A stretch of DNA of 61,152 bases. Source: Fidelibacterota bacterium. Its GTDB lineage: Bacteria > Fidelibacterota > Marinisomatia > Marinisomatales > UBA1611. Shown piece after piece: positions 42,048 through 52,319 of this stretch. The DNA is taken from NCBI GenBank assembly GCA_029936885.1, contig JAPYRR010000002.1, forward strand, positions 1 through 61,152, in the 5' to 3' direction. The stretch's first letter is position 1; the number at the start of each line of letters is the position of its first letter. The notes under the pieces were generated by a model, which saw only the letters and a list, made by a program, of their open reading frames with translations, searched no databases and had not been told where the DNA came from. A program made the translations under genes and the position numbers.

Positions 42048-43637
42048 ATGTGCGGTATATTTTTATACAAAGGACAAAAACTAAATTGGGAGTCGTTGGA
42101 AGGTGATATCAATCTGATACGCTACCGAGGTCCTGATAATACACACCATGAAATGATTGGGAATGATGTGCTATTTTCCTTTCACCGCTTGGCAATTATG
42201 GGGACGACAGAAAGGGGTGACCAACCCATGAAGCATCCTAATGATGATTCACTTACTCTGATCTGTAATGGAGAAATTTATAATTATAAAGATCTGGCTA
42301 AAAAATACAATTTTAATTTGGTAACCGGTTCTGACTGTGAAATTATTTTACTTTTATTTAAAAAATTTGGTATTGAAAAAACAGTCCAAGAATTGGACGG
42401 TGTTTTTATGTTTGTGATTCTTGATGATGGTACAGGCCAACTTTTCGCGGGCCGGGATCCCATGGGCGTTCGACCCGGATTTATGGGTCGTGATGGAGAA
42501 GAAATCATGATAGCTTCAGAAGCAAAACCACTCATAAAATATTGCAAGGAAATTTCTCCTTTCCCTCCTGGGACTTGGTGGCATTCCGAAAAACCAAATC
42601 ACTTTAATTCATTTTTTCTATATAATGGAATTCAGATTCAAGAGAAAACTGAAGAAGACATTTGTGTTAAAATTAGATCTTTATTAATAGAGTCTGTTAA
42701 AAAGCGGCTCATGGCAGAACGGGAAATTGGATGTCTCCTATCCGGCGGATTGGATTCAAGTTTGATCTCTGCTTTGGTGAATAAATATTATGAGGGACCA
42801 AAACTCAATACGTTTACCATTGGACTTCCAGGGAGTACTGATCTTGAATATGCACAAACTGTTGCGGATCATTTGGAGACGAACCATCACCAAATCGAAG
42901 TGTCAGAGTCGGATTTCCTGAATGCCATTGAAACAGTGATTTACAATATTGAATCTTATGATACAACCACTGTTAGAGCCAGTGTGGGCAATTATCTCGT
43001 CTCCAAATACATTTCAGAAAATTCGGATTGCAAGGTAATCTTTAATGGCGATGGCGCCGATGAAGCGTGTTGCGGGTACGTTTATTTAAAGAATGCACCC
43101 ACAGCGGATGCGCTCCAAAAAGAAAGTGAAAAACTGGTGAAAGAAATTCATTACTTTGATGTCCTTCGATCGGATCGGAGTATTAGTTCAAATGGATTGG
43201 AAGCGCGAACGCCTTTTTTAGATAAAGCATTTGTGAAATATTATCTTTCAATTCCTGCTGAATTAAAATCATTTAATGGCATTAACCGATTAGAAAAACA
43301 TCTTTTAAGAAAAGCATTCGAGAGTCAAAATCTTTTGCCAGACGAAGTATTATGGCGTAGGAAATGTGCCTTCTCTGATGGTGTCAGTGCCAAAAAGAAA
43401 TCTTGGCACCATATTATACAAACATTTGTTGATGCAAAAATATCGGATGATGAATTTGAACAAGAGCAAAAAAAGATTAATCATTGTATGCCAATCTTAA
43501 AAGAGAGCTATTATTACCGAAAAGTGTTTGAGTCTCATTTTGGTGGACATGAAGAATTAATTCCCCATTTTTGGATGCCAAATTGGACAGATGTAATTGA
43601 TCCATCAGCACGAGAATTAGATAATTATCAGGAATAA
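42048..43637 (+). CDS. asnB: asparagine synthase (glutamine-hydrolysing)
   Basis: 529 aa with N-terminal MCGI (Ntn catalytic Cys2) and the PP-loop LLSGGLDSS. Confidence 0.93.
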   Translation: MCGIFLYKGQKLNWESLEGDINLIRYRGPDNTHHEMIGNDVLFSFHRLAIMGTTERGDQPMKHPNDDSLTLICNGEIYNYKDLAKKYNFNLVTGSDCEIILLLFKKFGIEKTVQELDGVFMFVILDDGTGQLFAGRDPMGVRPGFMGRDGEEIMIASEAKPLIKYCKEISPFPPGTWWHSEKPNHFNSFFLYNGIQIQEKTEEDICVKIRSLLIESVKKRLMAEREIGCLLSGGLDSSLISALVNKYYEGPKLNTFTIGLPGSTDLEYAQTVADHLETNHHQIEVSESDFLNAIETVIYNIESYDTTTVRASVGNYLVSKYISENSDCKVIFNGDGADEACCGYVYLKNAPTADALQKESEKLVKEIHYFDVLRSDRSISSNGLEARTPFLDKAFVKYYLSIPAELKSFNGINRLEKHLLRKAFESQNLLPDEVLWRRKCAFSDGVSAKKKSWHHIIQTFVDAKISDDEFEQEQKKINHCMPILKESYYYRKVFESHFGGHEELIPHFWMPNWTDVIDPSARELDNYQE

Positions 43638-43800
43638 ATTTTTGTGTTTTAAGGGTTTGGGACCGTTGAGTTAGATAAAACAAATTCAATTTTAAGTCTT
43701 AATTTCCGCTCCGAATTTCCTAGGTCTTAAAGTTAAAATGTGTTCGTTTGTAAACGTTACAAGATCACTTACGCACTTTAATATTTGGGCACTTAAAAAC

Positions 43801-45093
43801 ATGAGTACACAAACTAAACGCGTGGCATTCCATACTTTGGGATGCAAACTAAATTTCTCAGAGACGGCAACAATCTCCCGCGATTTTATTCGCCATGGAT
43901 ATGAAAAAGTTGATTACCGAGATGAAGCGGATATTTATGTCCTGAATACCTGTTCTGTGACTGAAAATGCGGATCGGGAAGCGCGAAAACTTATACGTCA
44001 AGCCAAGCGCCGAAATCCTAATTCATCCGTGGTAGTAATTGGGTGCTATGCCCAACTTAAGCCTAACGATATTGCCGCCATTGATGGTGTGGATATTGTT
44101 TTGGGCGCAGAAGAAAAATTCAATTTATTAAATCATTTGGATGGCATTGATCTCAATAGTGGGACGAAAGTATTTCACTCCGAAATTGACCATGTACATG
44201 GATTTACGTCTTCATATTCTACCGGTGAAAGAACGCGATCTTTCTTGAAAATCCAAGACGGTTGCGATTACACGTGTTCATTTTGTACAATTCCATTGGC
44301 GCGGGGAGAAAGCCGAAGTGACACAATAGAGAATACCTTAAAAACCGCCAAAGACGTGGCTGCAACCGACGCAAAAGAGATTGTTCTTACAGGTGTGAAT
44401 ATTGGAGATTTCGGGAAAGGGACATCGGAATCATTCTTTGATCTTATACAGCAATTAGATTGTTTGGATGGGATTGACCGTATTCGGATTTCATCCATTG
44501 AACCGAATCTTCTCACCAATGAGATTATTGAATTTTGTGCATCTTCTAAAAAATTTATGCCCCATTTTCACATTCCTTTGCAATCCGGTTCAGATAAAAT
44601 ATTAAGCGCAATGCGCCGAAGATATAAACGTGATTTGTATGAAGATCGTGTTGATAAAATTAAATCATTAATGCCGGATTGCTGTATTGGCGTAGATGTG
44701 ATTGTGGGCTTCCCAGGTGAAACAAATGACGAATTTCTGGATACGTACAATTTTCTAAATGAGTTGGATATTTCGTATCTCCACGTATTTACCTATTCAG
44801 AGCGTTCCAACACAGATGCTGTTGAAATGGGTGAGGTGGTTCCCAAAGATGTTCGAGCAGAACGAAGTAAAATGCTGCATATTCTGTCGGATAAAAAGCG
44901 TCGTTTTTTCCATGAACAATTCATGGATCAAAGGCGTCATGTCTTATTTGAAAATATGAGAAATGGGAAATTGTTCGGGCATACTGATAATTATATCCAA
45001 ATCCAAATGGATGGGGAGCCGGAGATGGTCAATACAATCCACCCTGTGAAACTTACCTTGAATCATGGTGCTGTTGTTGATGCCCAACTGTAA
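43801..45093 (+). CDS. mtaB: radical SAM methylthiotransferase, MtaB-like
   Basis: N-terminal TLGCKLN, radical SAM CDYTCSFCTIP and a TRAM-like C-terminus. I prefer ATG 43801 over the track start 43738. Confidence 0.8.
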   Translation: MSTQTKRVAFHTLGCKLNFSETATISRDFIRHGYEKVDYRDEADIYVLNTCSVTENADREARKLIRQAKRRNPNSSVVVIGCYAQLKPNDIAAIDGVDIVLGAEEKFNLLNHLDGIDLNSGTKVFHSEIDHVHGFTSSYSTGERTRSFLKIQDGCDYTCSFCTIPLARGESRSDTIENTLKTAKDVAATDAKEIVLTGVNIGDFGKGTSESFFDLIQQLDCLDGIDRIRISSIEPNLLTNEIIEFCASSKKFMPHFHIPLQSGSDKILSAMRRRYKRDLYEDRVDKIKSLMPDCCIGVDVIVGFPGETNDEFLDTYNFLNELDISYLHVFTYSERSNTDAVEMGEVVPKDVRAERSKMLHILSDKKRRFFHEQFMDQRRHVLFENMRNGKLFGHTDNYIQIQMDGEPEMVNTIHPVKLTLNHGAVVDAQL

Positions 45094-45165
45094 TTATTTA
45101 CAACGTAATTATGTAATGCAGCGTTTTTTTTATTACACTTTAAATAATTACGTTTTACTCTTCTT

Positions 45166-47037
45166 ATGATCCGTCTTGAAAACCTGTCCAAATCCTTCCC
45201 GGACGGCGACCTATTTAATAATGTAAATATATCTATTAAACGTGGGATGCGTATCGGGCTCGTTGGTCCTAACGGTTCCGGGAAAACCACATTACTCCGA
45301 ATTATGTTGGGGAAAGATTCAGCTGATTCAGGGAATGTACAGATTGATAAATCCACTACCATTGGATATTTAGCACAAGATATAGTTGCCGGCACAGGAC
45401 GATCCATTTTAGAAGAAGTGCTGGTTGCCTACCCGGAAGTACGTGAATTGGAAGGAAAAATTCTTGCCCTATCTGAAGCTATTTCCAAAGATCATGAAAA
45501 TATGGATTTAGTGAATAAATTGGGCGATGCTCAACATCGATTTGAAGCTTTGGGCGGTTGGAATCTTGAAGATAAGGCAAAAAAGATTTTGAGCGGACTT
45601 GGGTTTGCTGATGAAAAATTCATTGAACCCATGGATGTATTCTCAGGTGGTTGGCGAATGCGTGTTGCCTTGGCATCTATTCTGCTGCAAGAACCGGATA
45701 TTCTATTTTTGGATGAACCCACAAACCATTTAGATCTGGAAGCAACCATTTGGCTAGAATCATTTTTGTCTAGTTGGAAGGGTGGCATGCTTATGATTAG
45801 TCATGATAGAGCCTTTTTAGATCGTTCCATAAATAACATCCTTGAAATTGATCTGAAAAAGATCACACTGTATCGTGGGAATTATACACAATACACAGAA
45901 GAAAAGGCGTTGCGTTTGGAGCAGCATAGGAACGCCTTCAGGAACCAGCAAAAACAAATTAAAGATACAGAGCGCTTTATAGAACGATTTCGATCAAAGA
46001 ATACAAAAGCGACCCAGGTACAAAGTCGTGTAAAAATGTTGGATAAATTAGAGAAAATCGAAGCGCCTACGGAACAAAATCATGCCATGAATTTGAGATT
46101 GCCTCAGCCGAACCGATCGCCTTTGAATGTGGCAGCCTGTCGGAATGTGACCAAACACTATGGGGAAATCGAAGTATTCAATGCTATGGACATGATGGTG
46201 GAACGGGGACAAAAAATTGGACTGGTCGGACATAATGGCGCAGGGAAATCAACTCTTTTGAAAATGTTGGCAGGTGTGGAATCGGTTACATCCGGCGCAG
46301 TGCGTATTGGCTCAAGCGTGGAAAGCGCCTACTATGCTCAACATCAATTAGAAATTTTAAATCCGGGTGAAACGGTGTTTGAATCGATTCAAAAGGTGAG
46401 TCCCGGTTGGAGTGAAAATGAAATGAGAACCTATCTAGGCAGTTTCATGTTTTCAGGCGATGAGATTGAAAAATTTGTAAAGGTGCTTTCCGGTGGTGAA
46501 AAAGCGCGGGTAGCCTTGGCAAGAATGCTGGTAAAACCATCTCATTTACTGCTATTGGATGAGCCAACAAATCATTTGGATATGGTTACCCGAAATGTGG
46601 TGGAACGAGCGCTCATTCAATTTTCAGGTTCTATTGTTTGTATTTCTCATGATCGACACTTTTTAAATAGTGTCACCAATCTCACCTGTGAAGTGGGCGG
46701 TGGTGGCATCCGATTGTTTGAAGGGAATTACGAATATTACGAGTGGAAAAAACAGGAAGAAAAATCTGCTGAATCTCCAAAGTCAAAAATAAAAAGTGAG
46801 TCAAAAGGAAAGTCCGATTATAAAAAACGGAAAAAGGTTCGAAATCGTTTAGCGTGGATCGAAAAGCGATTCAAGTCCATCGAAACAGAATTAAAAAATC
46901 AGCGATTCATTACCCAAGATCCAGCCAATGGTGACGATTATGAATTGCTCCAAAAATCCATGGAATTAATGTCTACCTTGGAAAACGAATATTTAGTATT
47001 GATGGAAGAGCAGGAAGAGCTAACTAACCACGTGTAA
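45166..47037 (+). CDS. ABC-F family ATPase (two ABC domains, no TM domain)
   Basis: Two Walker A sites (GPNGSGKTT, GHNGAGKST) and two signatures (FSGGWRMR, LSGGEKAR). A charged linker and a basic C-terminal tail are present. Confidence 0.9.
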   Translation: MIRLENLSKSFPDGDLFNNVNISIKRGMRIGLVGPNGSGKTTLLRIMLGKDSADSGNVQIDKSTTIGYLAQDIVAGTGRSILEEVLVAYPEVRELEGKILALSEAISKDHENMDLVNKLGDAQHRFEALGGWNLEDKAKKILSGLGFADEKFIEPMDVFSGGWRMRVALASILLQEPDILFLDEPTNHLDLEATIWLESFLSSWKGGMLMISHDRAFLDRSINNILEIDLKKITLYRGNYTQYTEEKALRLEQHRNAFRNQQKQIKDTERFIERFRSKNTKATQVQSRVKMLDKLEKIEAPTEQNHAMNLRLPQPNRSPLNVAACRNVTKHYGEIEVFNAMDMMVERGQKIGLVGHNGAGKSTLLKMLAGVESVTSGAVRIGSSVESAYYAQHQLEILNPGETVFESIQKVSPGWSENEMRTYLGSFMFSGDEIEKFVKVLSGGEKARVALARMLVKPSHLLLLDEPTNHLDMVTRNVVERALIQFSGSIVCISHDRHFLNSVTNLTCEVGGGGIRLFEGNYEYYEWKKQEEKSAESPKSKIKSESKGKSDYKKRKKVRNRLAWIEKRFKSIETELKNQRFITQDPANGDDYELLQKSMELMSTLENEYLVLMEEQEELTNHV

Positions 47038-47776
47038 AAACCCAGTTGAACTCCTGTGAGAGTAATGGATTGAATTTGTATCCATCTTGATTGAAATTCT
47101 TTAATAATTCAGGTTGATTTATTCCATGAGTGATTAAATAGTGAACCATGGCTCCCCGAGCCTGTTTCGCAAAAAACCCAATCACTTTAAATGCATTATT
47201 TTTCTTTTCTTTAAATTGGATAGTTATGATTTTTGATTTTAGTTTTTTTTGATTGATTGTTTTAAAATATTCATTCGATGCCAAATTGATTATGATTTTA
47301 TTTTCAGCCTGGTTCAAGAGATTCGTTATCTCATTTTTCCAAAAGATATTCAGATTGTTTCCGGATTCAGTCGAAAGATTAGTTGCCATGGGCAAACGAT
47401 AAGGCTGGATTAAATCAAGAGGATGTAATACACCATATAAGCCAGAAAGTATTCGTAAATGAGCATGTGAAAACTCAAGTTGTTTAGGATTAAATGATTT
47501 TGGTTTTAAGCATTTAAAGACTTCACCGGAATAGGTAAATAATGCTTGTTTAGAAATTCTAGGAGAAGACATCAAATCAAAATTTTGAATATCCGCAAAG
47601 GTGGATTCGGATAATTTTTGACTAATTGACATTAACTTGCCAAGGTCTTCTACCGATTTATTTTTTAATAAATTAATTAGTAGATGTGATTGTTTTATTG
47701 CATTGGGGATGGATGACGGAACCCCGTTTATAGGTGAAAAATCTTGTGATTTAGAAGGTGAAAGTAATACAATCAT
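47024..47776 (-). CDS. yaaA: YaaA-family (UPF0246) peroxide stress protein
   Basis: 250 aa with N-terminal MIVLLSPSKSQDF, typical of YaaA. Confidence 0.8.
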   Translation of the reverse strand: MIVLLSPSKSQDFSPINGVPSSIPNAIKQSHLLINLLKNKSVEDLGKLMSISQKLSESTFADIQNFDLMSSPRISKQALFTYSGEVFKCLKPKSFNPKQLEFSHAHLRILSGLYGVLHPLDLIQPYRLPMATNLSTESGNNLNIFWKNEITNLLNQAENKIIINLASNEYFKTINQKKLKSKIITIQFKEKKNNAFKVIGFFAKQARGAMVHYLITHGINQPELLKNFNQDGYKFNPLLSQEFNWVFTRG

Positions 47777-47817
47777 TTTAGGGCTGAACTAAAAGGTGGG
47801 AATTGCTTGGCTAAGAT

Positions 47818-50631
47818 TTACTCCTCATACTCTTGAATGGGAGGGCAGGTGCAAATCAGGTTTCTATCACCGAATGCATTATCGACCCGTCCAACAGTTG
47901 GCCAGTATTTATGCTCTTTTAACCATGGGGCAGGATAGGCAGCGGTTTGCCTAGAGTAAGTGTAAGGCCATTCATCTGCCGTTACAACTCCGGTCGTATG
48001 GGGTGCATTTTTTAAAGGATTATCATTCGCATCTAATATTCCATCCACGACATCCTGAATTTCTTGTCGAATAGAAATCATGGCATGGCAGAAGCGATCC
48101 ATCTCTGTTTTAGATTCACTTTCTGTGGGTTCAATCATAAGCGTTCCAGGAACAGGAAAGGACATGGTGGGTGCATGGAATCCATAATCCATGAGTCGTT
48201 TAGCCACATCTTCATCAGAAATGCCGGATTCTTTTTTCAAATCCCGTAAATCAATAATGAATTCGTGGGCGTTATAACCACTGATACCTCGGTAAAGAAT
48301 AGGAAAATGTTCTACCAGTTTTTTTGCCATATAATTTGCATTCAGAATGGCAACTTGAGTTGCCCTTTTTAGTCCATCTCCGCCCATCATGGCTATATAA
48401 GCCCATGAGATTGGTAAAATGCTACTGCTTCCAAAAGGCGCTGCTGAGACAGCATGAATGGCTTTTTCTCCCCCTGTTTTAATTTGGGAATGTCCGGGCA
48501 AAAAAGGAGCCAAGTGATCTTTGCAAACGATGGGTCCCATACCGGGGCCACCGCCACCATGGGGAATACAAAAAGTTTTATGAAGATTAATATGCATCAC
48601 ATCTCCACCGAATTCTCCGGGCTTACAAAGCCCCACCATTGCATTCAAATTGGCGCCATCTAAATAAACTTGGCCGCCATGGGAATGAACAATATCGCAA
48701 ATTTCTTTAATGGTGTGTTCAAATACACCGTGAGTAGAAGGGTAAGTAACCATGATCGCAGATAGGTTTTCAGAATGGAGTTTAGCTTTTTCTACTAAAT
48801 CATCTTTGGAGATATTACCGTGTTTATCACATTGCACCACCACCACTTTCATTCCAGCCATCACTGCCGAAGCAGGATTGGTTCCGTGTGCGGATGCTGG
48901 AATTAAACAAATATTTCGGTGGTTATTCCCATTGGAATTATGAAAAGCGCGAATAACCATTAGCCCTGCATACTCTCCTTGAGCACCAGAGTTGGGTTGC
49001 ATAGAAATGTCATCGAAACCTGTGGCTTCCACCAGCCAGTCGCCCAGTTCGCCAATGAGTTCACGATATCCTGTGGTTTGGTCATCAGGAGCAAATGGAT
49101 GGATATTTGAAAATTCCGGCCAAGTAACTGCTTCCATTTCTGTGGTGGCATTCAGTTTCATGGTACAAGATCCTAAGGGAATCATGCTTGTATTCAGGGA
49201 TAAATCTTTTGTTTCCAATCGGTGGAGGTAGCGAAGCATTTCTGTTTCTGACCGGTGCGAATGAAAAACTGGATGATCCAAATAGGAAGAAGTTCTGATT
49301 AAATCCGATGGAATGGTGGTTATAGTTTTATCGGTTTTGGGAACATTGAAAATAGAAAGTAATTCTTCAATGTGGACTGCAGTCGTTGTTTCATCAATGG
49401 AAACACCAACGGTTCCATCGCCAAAATCCCGTACATTCAATTCTAATTTTTTCGCTTTCTCATGCCAATTACTGGCTTTAAACCGAACCGTATCAAAGAA
49501 AGAATTATGGATAAGTTTAATCCTCGAACCCTCCAATGAGTAGGCCAATTTTGCTGTTAAAGAATTAACGCGTTCTGCAATCTCTTTTAACCCTTTTGGT
49601 CCATGATAAACGGCGTACATCCCTGACATGATTGCTAACAGAACTTGAGCCGTACAAATATTGGATGTGGCTTTTTCCCGCCGAATATGTTGTTCGCGAG
49701 TTTGGAGCGCCATTCGAAGTGCTGAATTACCATGTATGTCTTTGGAAACGCCAATAATTCTTCCTGGGATTTTTCGTTTAAACCCGTCTGAAGCCGCAAA
49801 AAAACCTGCATGAGGTCCACCATATCCCATAGGGACGCCAAATCGCTGAGCATTGCCAATGGCTGCATCTGCACCCATTTCTCCCGGTGTTTTAAGTAGG
49901 GTTAATGCTAAAAGATCTGTAGCCATGCATATGTATGATTTATTTTCATGTGCGGAATCGCACAGATCAGAAAAATCATAGATATACCCTTCCGTATCCG
50001 GATATTGTACCAATGCACCGAAGACGGATTCATCAAAATAGAATTGGTCATAATCTTGAATTTTAAGAATAATGCCCAGTGGTTCAGACCTTGTTTTTAA
50101 AACATCAATCGTTTGAGGATGACATTTATTTGAAATGAGAAATGTATTCTTATTTGGATCTCTGGTTGAATTGAAAAACATCAACATTGCTTCAGCTGCA
50201 GCCGTCCCCTCATCCAATAAGGATGAATTTGCTAAAGGCAATCCTGTCAAGTCTGACACCATCGTTTGAAAATTAAGTAAAGCTTCCAGCCGTCCTTGGC
50301 TAATCTCTGCTTGGTAGGGTGTGTATTGTGTATACCAACCGGGATTCTCTAAAATATTCCGTTTTATAACGCCGGGTACGACAGTACCATAATATCCCAT
50401 ACCAATATAAGAACGAAAAACAAAATTCTTTCCAGCCAATTCCTGAAGGCGTTTGATAGTTTCAGGTTCAGATTTTTTAGGTGGAAGATCTGGATATGAT
50501 TTGGTAATAATATTATCTGGGACCACAATAGAAGAAAGTTCATCTAAAGATGTGAGCCCCAGTTCGGAAAGCATTTCCCGAATATGGATTTCCCGGGGGC
50601 CAAGGTGACGTTTGACAAAAGAATCAGGCAT
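47818..50631 (-). CDS. gcvP: glycine dehydrogenase (aminomethyl-transferring), single-chain P protein
   Basis: 937 aa with a FxxRHLGP-like N-terminus and the PLP-lysine region [16 protein letters not shown]. Confidence 0.96.
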   Translation of the reverse strand: MPDSFVKRHLGPREIHIREMLSELGLTSLDELSSIVVPDNIITKSYPDLPPKKSEPETIKRLQELAGKNFVFRSYIGMGYYGTVVPGVIKRNILENPGWYTQYTPYQAEISQGRLEALLNFQTMVSDLTGLPLANSSLLDEGTAAAEAMLMFFNSTRDPNKNTFLISNKCHPQTIDVLKTRSEPLGIILKIQDYDQFYFDESVFGALVQYPDTEGYIYDFSDLCDSAHENKSYICMATDLLALTLLKTPGEMGADAAIGNAQRFGVPMGYGGPHAGFFAASDGFKRKIPGRIIGVSKDIHGNSALRMALQTREQHIRREKATSNICTAQVLLAIMSGMYAVYHGPKGLKEIAERVNSLTAKLAYSLEGSRIKLIHNSFFDTVRFKASNWHEKAKKLELNVRDFGDGTVGVSIDETTTAVHIEELLSIFNVPKTDKTITTIPSDLIRTSSYLDHPVFHSHRSETEMLRYLHRLETKDLSLNTSMIPLGSCTMKLNATTEMEAVTWPEFSNIHPFAPDDQTTGYRELIGELGDWLVEATGFDDISMQPNSGAQGEYAGLMVIRAFHNSNGNNHRNICLIPASAHGTNPASAVMAGMKVVVVQCDKHGNISKDDLVEKAKLHSENLSAIMVTYPSTHGVFEHTIKEICDIVHSHGGQVYLDGANLNAMVGLCKPGEFGGDVMHINLHKTFCIPHGGGGPGMGPIVCKDHLAPFLPGHSQIKTGGEKAIHAVSAAPFGSSSILPISWAYIAMMGGDGLKRATQVAILNANYMAKKLVEHFPILYRGISGYNAHEFIIDLRDLKKESGISDEDVAKRLMDYGFHAPTMSFPVPGTLMIEPTESESKTEMDRFCHAMISIRQEIQDVVDGILDANDNPLKNAPHTTGVVTADEWPYTYSRQTAAYPAPWLKEHKYWPTVGRVDNAFGDRNLICTCPPIQEYEE

Positions 50632-50757
50632 AGTTCAAAAAGAAGAAAAATAGTTCGAAATGACTATACGAGATTAAAGAAATTCAACCTTTTAGCCTAT
50701 TCTGAATTTAAATAGAGTCTCTTGTTTTTTGAATTTATTTAAGCCACATTGTAACCC

Positions 50758-50967
50758 ATGAGAGATACAATTAAACACCCTTCTAATGAGAAAAGCTTAG
50801 TTAAAATCAGAGACCGAGTTCTGATAAATGATATTGAATGGAGAGTGGCTGAAATAAATAATGCAACTTCAACTCTTTATCGTGAAGGTGTTGGAGGAAA
50901 TAGTCATACAATCCATAAATCGCTAGAAGAAGTAGAAAACATTATTATGGAACTAAGAGAATATTGA
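50758..50967 (+). CDS. hypothetical small protein
   Basis: 69-aa ORF with no recognisable motif. Confidence 0.3.
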   Translation: MRDTIKHPSNEKSLVKIRDRVLINDIEWRVAEINNATSTLYREGVGGNSHTIHKSLEEVENIIMELREY

Positions 50968-51029
50968 GATAAAATAGTCTTTTAAATATTCGGTTTTTGA
51001 AATTATATCGGTAAATTTATTGGCTTGAA

Positions 51030-51128
51030 ATGAATAGATTAATTCCAAAAAGAGCCATGGGACCAATTCCCATGGTAAACTGTGGGGCTCCAATATATCA
51101 AACAGGAACCCAAAATAAATTTATATAA
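51030..51128 (+). CDS. possible 32-aa small ORF (MNRLIPKRAMGPIPMVNCGAPIYQTGTQNKFI)
   Basis: An ATG-to-TAA frame found by hand that ends 2 nt before a strong terminator. Nothing else supports coding, and the region could instead be a small RNA. Confidence 0.15.
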   Translation: MNRLIPKRAMGPIPMVNCGAPIYQTGTQNKFI

Positions 51129-51156
51129 TATGCACCGTTAGCGGTGCATTTTTTTT
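51129..51156 (+). terminator. intrinsic terminator
   Basis: ATGCACCG TTAG CGGTGCAT is a perfect 8-bp stem with a tetraloop, followed by a T tract to 51156. Confidence 0.8.
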
Positions 51157-51170
51157 ACACTGAGGTAACT

Positions 51171-51881
51171 ATGTCTATGGAAAAACTAATCAACTTGCAG
51201 GGAATTGATACAAAACTGAAAGATTTAAATGATCTTTTAGGTGATTTACCATCAAGGGTAAATGAATTAAATCAACAAGAAGAATCAATAAAAAATTCTA
51301 TCATTGAGGACAAGGAACGTTTGAAGGTCCTTGAAGTAGAATCACACAAAGGAGAAGTTCGAATTGCTGAAATCAATGGAAAGATAAATAAATTGAAAGA
51401 TCAGCTTTTTTTGGTAACAAACAATAAGCAATACGATGCATTGATGAATGAAATGGATCATATGAAAGACGAACGGTCTACAATTGAATTGCAAACTCTT
51501 TCATATATGGAAGAAAAAGAAACTTTAGCAGAATCTGTTGAAACAATGGAATCTGATTTGGGATCCCTATCGAACGATTTATCGGGTAGAAGAGAAAAAC
51601 TTGAAAAAGTAATATCAAATTCAGCTAATGAAAAATCATCTTTAGAAAAAAACCGTGCTATAGAATTAGATGGAATAGATTTAAATATTATTTCAATTTA
51701 TAACAGAGTATTTGATGCACGAGATGGATTAGCAGTTGTGAATCTTTCTGGAAATGGGTGCGGGGGGTGTGGCGCTCATGTGCCCATGCAAAAAGTGACG
51801 GAAATTCGTTCTCTTTCTGCTATTCATCGATGTGATGTATGCGGAAGGTTTCTATATAGTGAAAATAATTCTGTAAATTAA
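51171..51881 (+). CDS. coiled-coil protein with C-terminal C4 zinc ribbon (COG1579/DUF164-like)
   Basis: Long coiled coil followed by CGGCG....CDVCGR. I prefer ATG 51171 (MSMEKLINLQ); the track's GTG 51144 lies inside the terminator hairpin. Confidence 0.75.
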   Translation: MSMEKLINLQGIDTKLKDLNDLLGDLPSRVNELNQQEESIKNSIIEDKERLKVLEVESHKGEVRIAEINGKINKLKDQLFLVTNNKQYDALMNEMDHMKDERSTIELQTLSYMEEKETLAESVETMESDLGSLSNDLSGRREKLEKVISNSANEKSSLEKNRAIELDGIDLNIISIYNRVFDARDGLAVVNLSGNGCGGCGAHVPMQKVTEIRSLSAIHRCDVCGRFLYSENNSVN

Positions 51882-51898
51882 ATTGTGAAATTAACATT

Positions 51899-52305
51899 GA
51901 GTTGGTCGGATGGTTACTCCTGGCCTGCGTAAGCAGTCTAGGGGAGGAAAGTCCGGGCACCGCAGAACGGGATGCCCCATAATGAGGGGAGATTCGCATT
52001 AGCGAATCATGGAAAGTGCAACAGAAAGTAAACCGCTCTAGATGAGTTATGGGCTTGCCCAGAGTTTGTCGAAGAGTAAGGGTGAAAAGGTAGTGTAAGA
52101 GACTACCAGATTCTGAATAAATTCAGAATGCTTGTAAACCCCATCCGGTGCAAGATCGAATAGTCTCCGAGATGTTGTTCGCATCGTTGAAGGAGCGGGT
52201 AGATTGCTTGACTACAATGGTAACATTGTAGCTAGATGAATGACCATCCCTTTAGTTTTGAATTATTAAACTAAAGGACAGAACTCGGCTTATAGATCGA
52301 CTCAA
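51899..52305 (+). ncRNA. rnpB: RNase P RNA, bacterial type A
   Basis: Universally conserved GGAGGAAAGUCCGGGC (CR I) and ACAGAACUCGGCUUAUAG (CR V) are present. AGGGUGAAAAGGUAGUGUAAGAGACUACC is also present, and P1 pairing joins 51899-51907 to 52295-52303. Confidence 0.93.
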
Positions 52306-52319
52306 TTTTATAATATATT

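Noticed and set aside
41912-42112. 66-aa minus-strand ORF spanning the asnB leader and start
   Set aside because: It overlaps the asnB N-terminus and the terminator hairpin on the opposite strand, and its sequence is dictated by the G5/C5 and T9 tracts. It is useful only as an independent check of my reading of the leader sequence.
45094-45165. ACGTAATTATGTAA shared with 58786-58799, each just downstream of a plus-strand stop codon, plus a local inverted copy ATAATTACGT
   Set aside because: A 14-mer match in AT-rich sequence within 61 kb is not clearly above chance. The two contexts differ otherwise, so I do not call this a repeat family without genome-wide counts.
47024-47037. 14-nt convergent overlap of the ABC-F gene and yaaA 3' ends
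   Set aside because: This is a common compact-genome arrangement, and no hairpin or other signal sets it apart.
50632-50757. Search for a glycine riboswitch upstream of gcvP
   Set aside because: I could not find the conserved glycine-riboswitch cores (GGAGAG...CACCG and ACCGAAGGGGCAA-like). The region is AT-rich and unstructured by eye.
51144-51170. GTG start and MHFFYTEVT N-terminal extension of the 245-aa track ORF
   Set aside because: The GTG lies in the 3' arm of a perfect terminator hairpin, so the ATG at 51171 is the plausible start.
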